In this document: in pieces, positions 10,658 to 20,354 of the stretch
How the letters are laid out: every line of letters begins with the position of its first letter
Position numbering within the stretch: position 1 is the first letter of the stretch
Source of the DNA: a virus
Taxonomy: Duplodnaviria > Heunggongvirae > Uroviricota > Caudoviricetes
Length of the DNA stretch: 64,000 nucleotides
IMG/VR virus record: IMGVR_UViG_3300043119_000732
Reading direction: 5' to 3' (one strand)
The notes under the pieces: generated by a model
Told to the model about the DNA's origin: nothing
The model's input: only the letters and a program-made list of their open reading frames with translations
Database searches by the model: none
Translations under genes and position numbers: made by a program

Positions 10658-12476
10658 TTACGTTCTCCACTACTATTTTATTTAAAATTGAACTGTTGAG
10701 TAAGAATGGATACTTAAAATAAGGTAATTGTGTGCTGTTGGACGTTGATACTATATCAACGTCCGGATAAACTGGGTTATATATAATTAAGTTTATGTAT
10801 GGTACTTCAAATATACGGCCATTTGAAACTTTTCTAGTTTTAATACCTACAACACCTGGTAGCTGTAGTATCTTAGTTTGTAATGCAGTTGTATCTATTA
10901 ATAAACCGAGCTGTGTGTTAGTTTTATTAAAGTATTCAACGAATATATTATTAACATTTTCTATTATTTTCTGTGTACTAATCTTATTTGTGAGTGATTT
11001 TTCAACCACTAATACTGTATCATTAACGTCTTGTTGTGTAGGTATATCACCTAAAAAGGTTAGTCCAATAGTTACTGCTGTATAAACAGGGTCCTGTGGT
11101 ATTATTTCCATGTTTAACATTTTGATACTCTCTGCACCGTTCAGTATTTCAGACTTCTGTGATTGTGATAAGAAAAACAGGTTGTTATTTTCATCTACAG
11201 CCTTTATACCAGGTACCATAAAGACATAAACGTTGTTGGTTTGTCCACATGTCGAGAAGTTTACTTCATTGAACAACACCCTTGAATCATCATTAGGTCT
11301 ATCTAATCCTAAACTATAATAGTACTTGATTACATTATCGATATAGCTTAGATTATTAACAACCTTTATACTTGATACTATATTGGAGTAATTTTTATTT
11401 ATATATGTTTCAAGATCTTCTGATGTCACTATTCTATTTTGAGAAAATAACATCTTAGGTGCATTTTGTCTTATTTTATCGACTGATTCAGGTTCTGCAG
11501 ATGAAGATGAACCTGAATTATTTGAAAATATAATATTTGTAACATCAACACCGTTCAATAATGTTGTGTTATTGTATGTATTCTTAGTTAAGTCATTAAA
11601 TTGAGGTGTTGCGTATGTATTTAGTGAGTTATTGTTTAATTGATTAGCTGAAACTATACCGGTTAACCCATCGCTTTTTAAATAATAGATATATACTGTA
11701 TCTCCTGCATTTAATCTTCTACCATAAACACCGTTACCGAATTTTATTTCATAAAATCCATTTTCATTTATACGTTTTTCGAAAGAAAATGATGTAGTTT
11801 TAGCATTAAAAATTGAATCAACTTCTGAAAAACTAATACCATCCGCGTCTGGTGAGCCAAATTTAACAAAAACACCTATGCTGCTGTCTTCTATATTAAT
11901 GGGTTTATTGGTTATTGTATCTTTAACTACTAATGTAATTGTTTCAAAATCTTCACCTATTGCAGTTTGAGGTGTATATTCAAATACCGAACCCTGATAT
12001 AATATGTTATCCGTTGATAGACCTTCAAGATACTCTGCATCATTGGTATTTTTTGCAAATGTTATATCTTTTAAGAATGAATATTTAATACCGTTTATAT
12101 TAAAAAATGAGTATCTTTTTATAGTGTAAACACCTTGTGTTAAGTTTGCATTAGCATTTGCTTGAAAGCTTAATAGCGCTGTTTTGTAACCTGTAGGTTT
12201 ATAACCTATAAGCTTAACAATTCTATTCATATTTTCATAAATAGAGCTTTCTGAAAATGTAGATTCAGAAGAAGTTTGGTTTAGATAAAATAAAAGAGTA
12301 TGGTAAGAATATGCAATAACGTCTATTATTGCAGAGAGATTACTACCTTCGTAATTTTGATCCGTAAAAACGCCTCCTTTTGTTAGCCTATCTTTTATAA
12401 GCTGCTTGAGGGTTAAAGCATCAAAAGTAGCGTAACTGTTTCTAGGTAACGTGAAATCGGTATTGTCCAGAGCCAT
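10650..12476 (-). CDS. baseplate wedge protein, baseplate-J-like
   Basis: The N-terminal region (FTDQNYEGSNLSAIIDVIAYSYHTLLFYLNQ) resembles the baseplate J family. Size of 608 aa and position in the fiber/baseplate operon fit. Confidence 0.45.
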   Translation of the reverse strand: MALDNTDFTLPRNSYATFDALTLKQLIKDRLTKGGVFTDQNYEGSNLSAIIDVIAYSYHTLLFYLNQTSSESTFSESSIYENMNRIVKLIGYKPTGYKTALLSFQANANANLTQGVYTIKRYSFFNINGIKYSFLKDITFAKNTNDAEYLEGLSTDNILYQGSVFEYTPQTAIGEDFETITLVVKDTITNKPINIEDSSIGVFVKFGSPDADGISFSEVDSIFNAKTTSFSFEKRINENGFYEIKFGNGVYGRRLNAGDTVYIYYLKSDGLTGIVSANQLNNNSLNTYATPQFNDLTKNTYNNTTLLNGVDVTNIIFSNNSGSSSSAEPESVDKIRQNAPKMLFSQNRIVTSEDLETYINKNYSNIVSSIKVVNNLSYIDNVIKYYYSLGLDRPNDDSRVLFNEVNFSTCGQTNNVYVFMVPGIKAVDENNNLFFLSQSQKSEILNGAESIKMLNMEIIPQDPVYTAVTIGLTFLGDIPTQQDVNDTVLVVEKSLTNKISTQKIIENVNNIFVEYFNKTNTQLGLLIDTTALQTKILQLPGVVGIKTRKVSNGRIFEVPYINLIIYNPVYPDVDIVSTSNSTQLPYFKYPFLLNSSILNKIVVENVNA

Positions 12477-12477
12477 A

Positions 12478-13161
12478 TTAATTATTTATGTTAGGTGGTT
12501 TGCTATAGTGTTTTAATAATACACTTACATCCCAAAACATATACGGTGTGTAGTACCTTTCAAAAGAAACCTTATTCCAATATAAAACCACTAACTGTCT
12601 AGGTTTCTTACCTGTCATTATAGAGTATATATATGCATATAATGATAATTGAAGGCTGTATGTAGTATACTTACAGTTGTGCAGGTGTTCTAGAGGTTTT
12701 AACAAAGTTTCATTGTATTTGTTATAAAAATCAAACTTCTTATTCGTTTTAAGGTCTAAGACATCAAAAGATTTATCATCAATATCTACGATAATATCCG
12801 ACGTTCCCGCTATTTTGTATGTATCATTCCACAACATAACTTCACTACGCACATCTATTCTTTTATATGGGAATACTTTTTGGAACTCATTTATAATATT
12901 CTGTTCGTCAACAGTACCGTTCTTTAAGTAGTTCTCTACGACTGAGTGAACATCTTTACCAAAAGCACAAGCGTTTTCTGTATTTTGTTTCCACTCCTCT
13001 TTTACTACTTGCTGTGATACACCTCGTTTCTTAGCTACTATTCTACTAAAAAAATCAACATCAAACGGTTTCTTATATTTACCTAAAAGTTGCGAAACAG
13101 ATTGGTATACTTCACCATTATTATTCGAATAAGTATGTGTTTGAGGATCAAAATTAATCAC
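12478..13161 (-). CDS. hypothetical protein with possible PD-(D/E)XK (RecB-family-like) nuclease motifs
   Basis: 227 aa. Carries IVDIDD...VLDLK followed by QLSLYAY, which resemble RecB-type nuclease motifs II and III. This is a weak call. Confidence 0.3.
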   Translation of the reverse strand: MINFDPQTHTYSNNNGEVYQSVSQLLGKYKKPFDVDFFSRIVAKKRGVSQQVVKEEWKQNTENACAFGKDVHSVVENYLKNGTVDEQNIINEFQKVFPYKRIDVRSEVMLWNDTYKIAGTSDIIVDIDDKSFDVLDLKTNKKFDFYNKYNETLLKPLEHLHNCKYTTYSLQLSLYAYIYSIMTGKKPRQLVVLYWNKVSFERYYTPYMFWDVSVLLKHYSKPPNINN

Positions 13162-13326
13162 ATATATATTGTAATTTCAAATGATTTTTAATCAACTTTG
13201 AATTTGATTTTATGTTTTCATATATTATTATAATTGAGATGACAAAGAAAAATTGGTTTGATGCAAATTCGGTATTTGGTTAAATCAACAAAAATCATCA
13301 AAGGAACAAGATAATAATAACTAATT

Positions 13327-13536
13327 ATGACAGTCGGTGACTTTTTAATCAAAAACGTAAGAAACGGTAATTTGCCTACCACTAGTGTTAGTGAGGTAAT
13401 TGGAATGGATGAAATATGGTTTTTTCATCCTGATAAAAAATATCAACCAGGAATTCTAATCAATTCACATAGCGGTACTATTCTAGGTACGGTTGAATTA
13501 TTTGATAGAGACGTAGATGACTCTTGGAGAACTTGA
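13327..13536 (+). CDS. hypothetical small protein
   Basis: 69 aa ORF lying after a divergent AT-rich promoter region. Confidence 0.3.
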   Translation: MTVGDFLIKNVRNGNLPTTSVSEVIGMDEIWFFHPDKKYQPGILINSHSGTILGTVELFDRDVDDSWRT

Positions 13537-13538
13537 AA

Positions 13539-13781
13539 TTAATCATCATCAAATTCATCCATAAGTTCAAGTATAGGTTCGTATCCTAAAACAATACAAA
13601 TTAACTTACCGTCAATTGGTAACTTAAACATTATATCATAAGGTGTCTTATCTATTTTTACAAGAAAATCCTGTAAAAACTTTTCTTGTAAAAATAGAAG
13701 AACCGTACCCCGATCATAGTCGATATGAACATCTTTAGTATACTCTTTAACGATATCCACAATCTTGACAAGATTCTCCAT
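13539..13781 (-). CDS. hypothetical small acidic protein
   Basis: 80 aa ORF. Confidence 0.35.
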   Translation of the reverse strand: MENLVKIVDIVKEYTKDVHIDYDRGTVLLFLQEKFLQDFLVKIDKTPYDIMFKLPIDGKLICIVLGYEPILELMDEFDDD

Positions 13782-13795
13782 AATATTATTTAATC

Positions 13796-14182
13796 ATGGC
13801 ACGTGATAAAAAGTTCATAAACTACACTTTTGACGATGGAGAGTATAAAATACCTGCAACGTATACTGCTACATGTATAGTTTCAGGTGAAAAGGTTGTG
13901 TATTACCATAAAAATCTTGTCAAACTAATAGAAACTAAGTATAAAAATAACTTCAAGTTGTTTGTAGATACTTTTATATCACCTTCTGCTAAAAAAGAAG
14001 AGCAAGAATTACATAATCAAGATAAATATAAATTGAACATATATGCATACTATTTGATTATATGTTACAATGATGCAGTTAAAAAGAATGATGAATATTC
14101 TAAGTTTGTTTGCTCAGAACGCTTTGAAAAGCATTTTAATAAAGACATATTAAATCACTTAAATGATACATATAAAGCCTGA
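13796..14182 (+). CDS. hypothetical protein
   Basis: 128 aa ORF. Confidence 0.4.
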   Translation: MARDKKFINYTFDDGEYKIPATYTATCIVSGEKVVYYHKNLVKLIETKYKNNFKLFVDTFISPSAKKEEQELHNQDKYKLNIYAYYLIICYNDAVKKNDEYSKFVCSERFEKHFNKDILNHLNDTYKA

Positions 14183-14648
14183 TAAGCTTATTAAAACAAA
14201 ATACAAAACAGTAGATTTTCATCTACTGGAACATATATGTAATATATTGTATACGTCTAATAAGACTAATAAAAGAAATTATACGATTCATGTCAAAGGA
14301 GTTAAGGGAAGCGAGTGTCAGTATCAACGTGGTGCGAGAGGTAGATTAACAATTAAAATAGTAACAAATTTAAAAAACGATAGTTCTTTTATTAAATATT
14401 TCTTACATGAGTTTAGACATTTTTTACAAGATAAAATATTTCATGTAGTATTTGACGATACTACATACAATGATGCAACTTATGAAGATTATATTAACAG
14501 CCCTCTAGAAGTAGATGTAAAAAACTTTCTAGACGATCACTTGACTAATTCATGCAAACTTTACGGTAAAATGAAGATATTTAAAGATAAACTACTAACA
14601 TCAAAAACTGGTAAGTTATTTACAGGTTTTAAAGATAATAATGAATAA
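14163..14648 (+). CDS. hypothetical protein
   Basis: 161 aa ORF. Confidence 0.4.
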   Translation: MIHIKPDKLIKTKYKTVDFHLLEHICNILYTSNKTNKRNYTIHVKGVKGSECQYQRGARGRLTIKIVTNLKNDSSFIKYFLHEFRHFLQDKIFHVVFDDTTYNDATYEDYINSPLEVDVKNFLDDHLTNSCKLYGKMKIFKDKLLTSKTGKLFTGFKDNNE

Positions 14649-14874
14649 GGAAGATATTGTTTATAGACATAACGTTAATGGTTATGTATATGTATATGAT
14701 CGATACGGGTTTATACATGTATATGACAACAATAACATTGAAGACCCAACTGTTCAATGTATTAAGAGTGTAAAATGTACTTGCAGTTCTAAGAAAGACT
14801 TTGATTTAGAAGTACTATATATACATTCAAGTGAAAAATACAAAAACATAAACCTAGACGAAGATATTAGTTGA
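14641..14874 (+). CDS. hypothetical protein
   Basis: 77 aa ORF. Confidence 0.35.
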   Translation: MNKEDIVYRHNVNGYVYVYDRYGFIHVYDNNNIEDPTVQCIKSVKCTCSSKKDFDLEVLYIHSSEKYKNINLDEDIS

Positions 14875-14877
14875 TTT

Positions 14878-15132
14878 TTGTATTCTTCACTTACTATAGA
14901 CCTGTTTATGAAAGACGCAAAAGTAACATGGAATGAGTACCTAAATAACCCAAATGTCCGGCCAAAGTGTTTCAATGTAACATTTGAAAGAAACGATGAC
15001 GGTACATTTAGAATCATAGGAAACTCAGCAATCATGCTCGAGGCTGTAAATCAGCATCAAGCAAAGGTAGTTAAGGTTGATGCACGGAACTTAGCATCAA
15101 CCTTAAATAAGAGCAGAATTACAGCTCTTTAA
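14878..15132 (+). CDS. hypothetical protein
   Basis: 84 aa ORF followed directly by an intrinsic terminator. Confidence 0.4.
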   Translation: MYSSLTIDLFMKDAKVTWNEYLNNPNVRPKCFNVTFERNDDGTFRIIGNSAIMLEAVNQHQAKVVKVDARNLASTLNKSRITAL

Positions 15133-15134
15133 CA

Positions 15135-15172
15135 AAAAGGCTAGGTTTGCAAACCTAGCCTTTTTTTATTAA
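15135..15172 (+). terminator. rho-independent terminator
   Basis: The hairpin aaaggctaggtttgcaaacctagccttt is followed by a T7 run. Confidence 0.7.
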
Positions 15173-15180
15173 ATATTTTT

Positions 15181-15606
15181 GTGAAAATTCGCATTAGAGA
15201 TCGTAGATATGAAGATATTGGTTTAAAAAATAATAAAGTAACCGGTAAACCAATTGCAACTATACAAGATAGTCTAGGTCAACGCGTTATTAATTTTGTT
15301 AAAAAATTATCCATAACACCTATTGAGATAAATAAGGCTTACGATCCAAAAAAAGAAACTGAATTAGTACAATATTTAGATAGATATATAACAAATAAGT
15401 TTATTAATGCTAACCCAAACTTACGTGACAAATTTGGTATTATTAAATCTGTTGTTTATAAATATTTTAATTATGAGTTAGTTGAAGATAATCCTAAAAC
15501 TCAAAGTAATCAAGATAAAATTGAGAGTAAACCAGTTACAGCAAAACAACTTGAACTCAGTTTTGAGCAGTTTTATAATAGGGTTTTTGAGAAATATAGG
15601 AACTAA
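15181..15606 (+). CDS. hypothetical protein (GTG start)
   Basis: 141 aa ORF. Confidence 0.35.
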   Translation: MKIRIRDRRYEDIGLKNNKVTGKPIATIQDSLGQRVINFVKKLSITPIEINKAYDPKKETELVQYLDRYITNKFINANPNLRDKFGIIKSVVYKYFNYELVEDNPKTQSNQDKIESKPVTAKQLELSFEQFYNRVFEKYRN

Positions 15607-15621
15607 TATATACTTGGCTGT

Positions 15622-16269
15622 ATGAAAGTAGTACAACCAGAAACAAAGACAACCTTATTACTTAATAAGAATTATCAAGCATTTGCATTCTGTAATGCTC
15701 GGGCTGCCTTACGTCATCTTATAACTGGTAGAGCCTCTGGTATCGATGCATCCGGTAACTTAGTTTCATGGTCTGGTGCTGATCACGATAAAAACGGTGC
15801 TATAAGAGCTACATTATCTTGGTATGGTAATAGAGTAGAACTATTTGAAGATCAACCTTGTCTTAGATCTGCACCTAATCCCGTTACCGGTGAAGATACT
15901 AATTGGGCTATACCAACTATACTGAGATGTACACACCACTTCGGTTTTCACGTAAGAAAGAACGGTAATACATCATTAAAAATGTTATACAATTTATATA
16001 AAGGTGTGTGTCAATATTGTTTAGAGCGTATACCATATCACACAGCAACAAAAGATCATGCATTTCCAAAATCAAAAGGTGGTACTAACGATGATTTTAA
16101 TCTTGTTTTAGCTTGTAAGCAATGTAATAACGAAAAGGATAATATTTTCCCCTTTTTTAATGTAAATGGTGAAGAAGTAAAACCTAGACGTATTGCACCT
16201 CAGGCAATTTTAGTACAAAATACACCTATCTTAAGAGAAGAGTGGCGACCTTATTTATATCTTGAATAA
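15622..16269 (+). CDS. HNH homing endonuclease
   Basis: Contains CQYCLERIPYH...KDHAFPKSKGGTNDDFNLVLACKQCNNEKDN, an HNH motif with a zinc-binding Cys pair. Confidence 0.7.
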   Translation: MKVVQPETKTTLLLNKNYQAFAFCNARAALRHLITGRASGIDASGNLVSWSGADHDKNGAIRATLSWYGNRVELFEDQPCLRSAPNPVTGEDTNWAIPTILRCTHHFGFHVRKNGNTSLKMLYNLYKGVCQYCLERIPYHTATKDHAFPKSKGGTNDDFNLVLACKQCNNEKDNIFPFFNVNGEEVKPRRIAPQAILVQNTPILREEWRPYLYLE

Positions 16270-16309
16270 TACCCACACAATTACATCGGACATATAATAA
16301 ATAAATTAT

Positions 16310-17752
16310 ATGTCCGATGTAATTGTATCTCAAGATATCGATAACTTTATGCAAGCAGCTAATAAAGCTGCAGCGCGCACTAACCTTGGGGTTGGAGCTA
16401 ATGATGATGTTACATTTAATACGCTTTATATACCAGGTAGCGCTGTTGTAAGTGGTGTTGTTCAGGCCGGGCTTATACAAATATACGGTCAGGCTCAGTT
16501 TTTAACTGCCCAAATAGGTCTTAATGCTACTCAATTATATGGTTCAGCAAACAGTAGTGTTGAAGTTACTCTCCCAACTGAAAGTGGTACTTTAGTAACA
16601 ACAGATCAATTAGCTCTCAAAGCACCAATTCTGAACCCTGTATTAAGCGGTACTACAATTACTAACAATTTATCTACCCAAACACTTACAGCAACTAATA
16701 TAAATGTAAGGAGCCTATCTGCTCAAACCCTTACAGTAGATGGTGAAGTAATTGCATTAAGTAGCGTTTACACACCGGCAGTATTGACCAATTTTTTATC
16801 TCTATATGGACAGGCTGATATATTAAGTATAAGGCTTGGACTTAATGTCACAGAATTATATGGTTCAGCAAATAGTAATGTCGTAGTTACTCTCCCAACT
16901 GAAAGTGGTACTTTAGCAACAACAGAGCAATTAGCTCTCAAAGCACCAATTTTAAATCCTGTATTAAGCGGCACTACAATTACTAACAATTTATCTACCC
17001 AAACACTTACAGCAACTAATATAAATGTAAAAAGTCTATCCGCTCAGACACTTACAGCAACTAATATAAATGTAAAAAGTCTATCCGCTCAGACACTTAC
17101 AGCAACTAATATAAATGTAGGAAGGGATTTAGAATGGAACGGATATAATAGGTTTTCACCTAAAATTAGTGCAAATGCATATAATCTTCAAGATGGCCAA
17201 ATATATATAGATGGACCAACATTATTTGATACCACAACACTATCAGAACTAACAGATGTAACATATACTATTTTTGTAAACGGTAATACGTATAGTATAG
17301 GTGTTTCATCTAAAGGTTTGACAGCATTTGATGCAAATATAAATAGATTAGTAGCTTCATCTGTAGATACCAATAATCTAACAACTACTAATGCAAATGT
17401 AAGTGTAATAACAGCTGCTAATGCAAATATAAATACATTAACAGCACGAGAGGTTATATCTGACGTAAACGTAACCAATATAACAACCACTAAAACATTT
17501 AGCTATTCTGCAGACAACTCTAAGATATTCAACTTTAACACTGCATCTGGATCAATATCAGCAATCTTTCCAGGTATCTTGCCAAACGGATTTAACGTGG
17601 GAATAACAAATATTGGTACAAATACAGTTTACATATCATCTACACAAGTAAATAATTTATGTGCTACAAGTAATAAAAATAGTACACAATTTAGCGGTAT
17701 ATACATATATAAAACAAATAATGCTCTATACGGTATCGGAAAGTTTAATTAA
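16310..17752 (+). CDS. tail fiber-like protein with internal tandem repeats
   Basis: 480 aa. Holds two copies of a ~107-aa repeat (…YGSANS.V.VTLPTESGTL.TT.QLALKAPILNPVLSGTTITNNLSTQTLTATNINV…). It also holds a tandem 45-bp repeat that encodes KSLSAQTLTATNINV. Confidence 0.55.
   Translation: MSDVIVSQDIDNFMQAANKAAARTNLGVGANDDVTFNTLYIPGSAVVSGVVQAGLIQIYGQAQFLTAQIGLNATQLYGSANSSVEVTLPTESGTLVTTDQLALKAPILNPVLSGTTITNNLSTQTLTATNINVRSLSAQTLTVDGEVIALSSVYTPAVLTNFLSLYGQADILSIRLGLNVTELYGSANSNVVVTLPTESGTLATTEQLALKAPILNPVLSGTTITNNLSTQTLTATNINVKSLSAQTLTATNINVKSLSAQTLTATNINVGRDLEWNGYNRFSPKISANAYNLQDGQIYIDGPTLFDTTTLSELTDVTYTIFVNGNTYSIGVSSKGLTAFDANINRLVASSVDTNNLTTTNANVSVITAANANINTLTAREVISDVNVTNITTTKTFSYSADNSKIFNFNTASGSISAIFPGILPNGFNVGITNIGTNTVYISSTQVNNLCATSNKNSTQFSGIYIYKTNNALYGIGKFN
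16990..17119 (+). repeat. tandem 45-bp repeats (about 2.5 copies) inside the fiber gene
   Basis: The unit aaaagtctatccgctcagacacttacagcaactaatataaatgta appears twice exactly, after a partial copy. Confidence 0.7.
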
Positions 17753-17844
17753 GAATTTTATGATACCTAAAGAATTTTTTATAATCTGTCGTGGTCAAGT
17801 ATTAAAAACAATACTAACAGCTATATCATAAATATTTTAATCAC

Positions 17845-18468
17845 ATGACTATTAAAGACTTTTATGTTTTCTGTTGTAACCAACAAGATTCTACAGTGGA
17901 ATATACATATATCATGGTATCAGGTGCTGGTGTTGCTTTAGGAAATGGTTTATATACTCTTACTGGGACACGCAATGATAAACCTTATTACACTAATTTA
18001 TCAAATTATGAAATTTATTACAGATCATTTGATGCAAAATGGGTAATAGAGGTATCAACAGAAATATTGTATGTAACCACACAACCAAATTTAACAACTC
18101 CATTGAATACTACATGGCAATCTACTTTAGATGCATTCAACCCACCACCAGTTGAAGTATCAGTTGCATATTCTGTTCAAGTATCTGGAGCAGGAACAGC
18201 CGCGGCAAATGGAATATACATTTTTGACGGTGTCTATAATAATTTTCCTTTTTATGTTATGGATGGAAACGTATTTTACAGTATCTATAAGTCTGATTCA
18301 GGAGCAAATGGCGTATGGATTATAGCTTCTGAAGCTACACAACTATATGAAAACAATTTGTCTGGATTGATTTCTCCATATAATATAATCAACCCATGGA
18401 CTAGATCTTTTACTTCAGTATTTGGCGCCTCTCCTGCACCTACTGTTACTCCATATCCAATACAATAA
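17845..18468 (+). CDS. hypothetical protein with internal two-fold duplication
   Basis: VSGAGVALGNGLYTLTG..NDKPYY and VSGAGTAAANGIYIFDG.YNNFPFY are repeated halves. Confidence 0.45.
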   Translation: MTIKDFYVFCCNQQDSTVEYTYIMVSGAGVALGNGLYTLTGTRNDKPYYTNLSNYEIYYRSFDAKWVIEVSTEILYVTTQPNLTTPLNTTWQSTLDAFNPPPVEVSVAYSVQVSGAGTAAANGIYIFDGVYNNFPFYVMDGNVFYSIYKSDSGANGVWIIASEATQLYENNLSGLISPYNIINPWTRSFTSVFGASPAPTVTPYPIQ

Positions 18469-18665
18469 TAAATTTTCAAAGAAGGAACTTTTTTTAAAAT
18501 AGTGGTGTTGAAAGTTAGTTCTTTTGAATAAATAATTAAACATATGACAACAATATGGTCCATTACAAGTAAATTACAAAGACGCCCAAGTGAAGCGTTT
18601 TATGGTAATCTACCTATATGCGATTACCTAGGGTTAGAATAAAGAATTTCCATATTCTATATGAT

Positions 18666-18703
18666 AACCCTAAGCCTAAGAAAAGCTTAGGGTTTTTTAT
18701 TTA
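18666..18703 (+). terminator. rho-independent terminator
   Basis: The hairpin aaccctaagcctaagaaaagcttagggtt is followed by a T-run. Confidence 0.7.
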
Positions 18704-18921
18704 GCCAAGGAACATACTTAAAATATTTTTACAATTTAGTTAATACAACGCTTTAAAGTTGAGCGAAGGTAAATCAACGAACGCTGAAGAAAATCCATCA
18801 GCATCCTAAACCACACCTGAGAAAGGTAAGTGAGAGAGGTTGAGAGTAGAGTTCTTTGTTTGGTTTGACGACATTATTAAACGTCGTTAGCGGCCCCGGA
18901 CGCTATAAATAGCCGGGTTAT

Positions 18922-19015
18922 AGGAGTAAGGTAGCTGCTGGGTCGTGCTGCACTTGACTGTAAATCAAGTCCCTCTGGGTAAACATCGCAGGTTCAATTC
19001 CTGCTACTCCTACCA
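18922..19015 (+). tRNA. tRNA-Tyr (GTA), type II
   Basis: Acceptor aggagta/tactcct. Anticodon arm cttga-ctGTAaa-tcaag. Long variable arm. T-arm gcagg-ttcaatt-cctgc. CCA is encoded. Confidence 0.75.
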
Positions 19016-19021
19016 TTTTTC

Positions 19022-19107
19022 GCCGCTGTGACAATAATACAAATTGGTACAGTTACTACGTTGAGAACGTAGAGTTTTTGCAGATTCGAATTCTGCCAGC
19101 GGCACCA
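19022..19107 (+). tRNA. atypical tRNA, apparent anticodon GAG (Leu-like), expanded D region
   Basis: Perfect 7-bp acceptor gccgctg/cagcggc. Anticodon arm ctacg-ttGAGaa-cgtag. T-arm gcaga-ttcgaat-tctgc and CCA. The D region is 24-25 nt and no long variable arm is found. Confidence 0.45.
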
Positions 19108-19197
19108 TTTTTTTGGGAGCGACTACACCGCTTTTAGCTGAATATGCGACGAATATTGTCGATAAAACTCTCAAAAATTCATTTCTTGCCTTTTTGT

Positions 19198-19274
19198 TCC
19201 CTCATAACTTTAATTGGTAGAGTACCCGCCTTGTAAGCGGGAAGTTGTCAGTTCGAACCTGACTGGGGGATCCA
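19198..19274 (+). tRNA. tRNA-Thr (TGT)
   Basis: Acceptor tccctca/tggggga. Anticodon arm cccgc-ctTGTaa-gcggg. T-loop ttcgaac. CCA encoded. Confidence 0.75.
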
Positions 19275-19320
19275 CTTATTACTATCTCTTGAAAGCTCCA
19301 TTTTATGAATAAATAATTAA

Positions 19321-20124
19321 ATGTATAAATTCAACCAAGAAGAATTCGATAACGCGACAAATAAAGATTCAGTTACTTGCTGGTGTAAAGATTGTGGAAC
19401 AGAAACCAAAAGACTTAAAATTTATATTAAGCATAATATAAAACATAACGTAGATAAATTTGATTGTCCTTCTTGTAAAGAAAAAGAAAAGCAAAAAATA
19501 ATAGAAGAAAATACAAAAGTATGCCTGACATGTAACATTTCCTTTTTTAGTTACGAAAATAAATTTTGCTCTAATAGTTGTGCTGCTACAACAATCAACA
19601 AGACAAGAGTTTGTAACAAAGTTCATAAAAATACAGAAAATTTTATTAGCAATAATCGCTTCCTTAAAAGAGGTCCTGCATTAAGATATAAAGAATACAA
19701 AAAGTGTTTAAATTGTGAACGAGACTTCTTACCGGTAGCAAAAACGTCAATATTTTGTGAACAAATATGCTCTTCTGAACACAGAAAAAACCAGCGTGAA
19801 AAAGAATTAGAACCACTATTAATCGAAGGAAAGGTTATTTCTCAAAATATTGAAACAAATAACACAATATATAGAAGATACTTAATTCGCAAATTTGGAC
19901 CAAGGTGTATGAAATGTGGTTGGTCCGAAGTAAATCCTTTTTCAGGTAAAGTACCGATCGAGTTAGAACATAAAGATGGTAATTGCATTAATAACATTCC
20001 AGATAATTTAGAGTTGTTGTGTCCAAACTGCCATTCACTATCTCAATTTTATAAAGGTGCTAATAAACGAGAAGGTGGATCTCCAAGATATAAACAATGG
20101 AAAAAATACTTCTCTATCAAATAA
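19321..20124 (+). CDS. HNH homing endonuclease with N-terminal Cys-rich zinc-finger region, inserted in the tRNA cluster
   Basis: Multiple CxxC pairs are present. The C-terminal EHKDGNCINN...LCPNCH is an HNH motif. Confidence 0.6.
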   Translation: MYKFNQEEFDNATNKDSVTCWCKDCGTETKRLKIYIKHNIKHNVDKFDCPSCKEKEKQKIIEENTKVCLTCNISFFSYENKFCSNSCAATTINKTRVCNKVHKNTENFISNNRFLKRGPALRYKEYKKCLNCERDFLPVAKTSIFCEQICSSEHRKNQREKELEPLLIEGKVISQNIETNNTIYRRYLIRKFGPRCMKCGWSEVNPFSGKVPIELEHKDGNCINNIPDNLELLCPNCHSLSQFYKGANKREGGSPRYKQWKKYFSIK

Positions 20125-20190
20125 TTTTTAAGTCCAGACAGCAACCATTAAAATACTACAATAAGGTAAATAAATGGACTTAGTTTTTAC

Positions 20191-20266
20191 GATGGTATAG
20201 TGTAAAGGTTTGCACAGAACACTGTCACTGTTCAAGTCGGGGTTCAATTTCCCCGTACCATCGCCA
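20191..20266 (+). tRNA. tRNA-Asp (GTC)
   Basis: Acceptor gatggta/taccatc. Anticodon arm gaaca-ctGTCac-tgttc. T-arm cgggg-ttcaatt-tcccc. CCA encoded. Confidence 0.8.
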
Positions 20267-20273
20267 TTTTTAT

Positions 20274-20347
20274 CCTTCACAGGTGTTATAGTAGCATTTC
20301 CCGTTTGGGGCGGAAAGGACTCGGAGCGTAACCGAGGTGGAGGACCA
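20274..20347 (+). tRNA. tRNA-like gene with non-canonical T-loop (AGCGTAA); anticodon unresolved, possibly TTG
   Basis: 7-bp acceptor ccttcac/gtggagg with one G-U pair. T-arm ctcgg-agcgtaa-ccgag. The 3' end is CCA. Confidence 0.35.
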
Positions 20348-20354
20348 TTTTATT

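Noticed and set aside
345-11085. Antisense or embedded ORFs inside large structural genes (345..593-, 1394..1657-, 2164..2406-, 9493..9678+, 10795..11085+)
   Set aside because: They are fully nested in longer, better-supported ORFs on the opposite strand. Their composition is low-complexity and Ile/Leu-rich, as expected for the reverse complement of AT-rich coding sequence.
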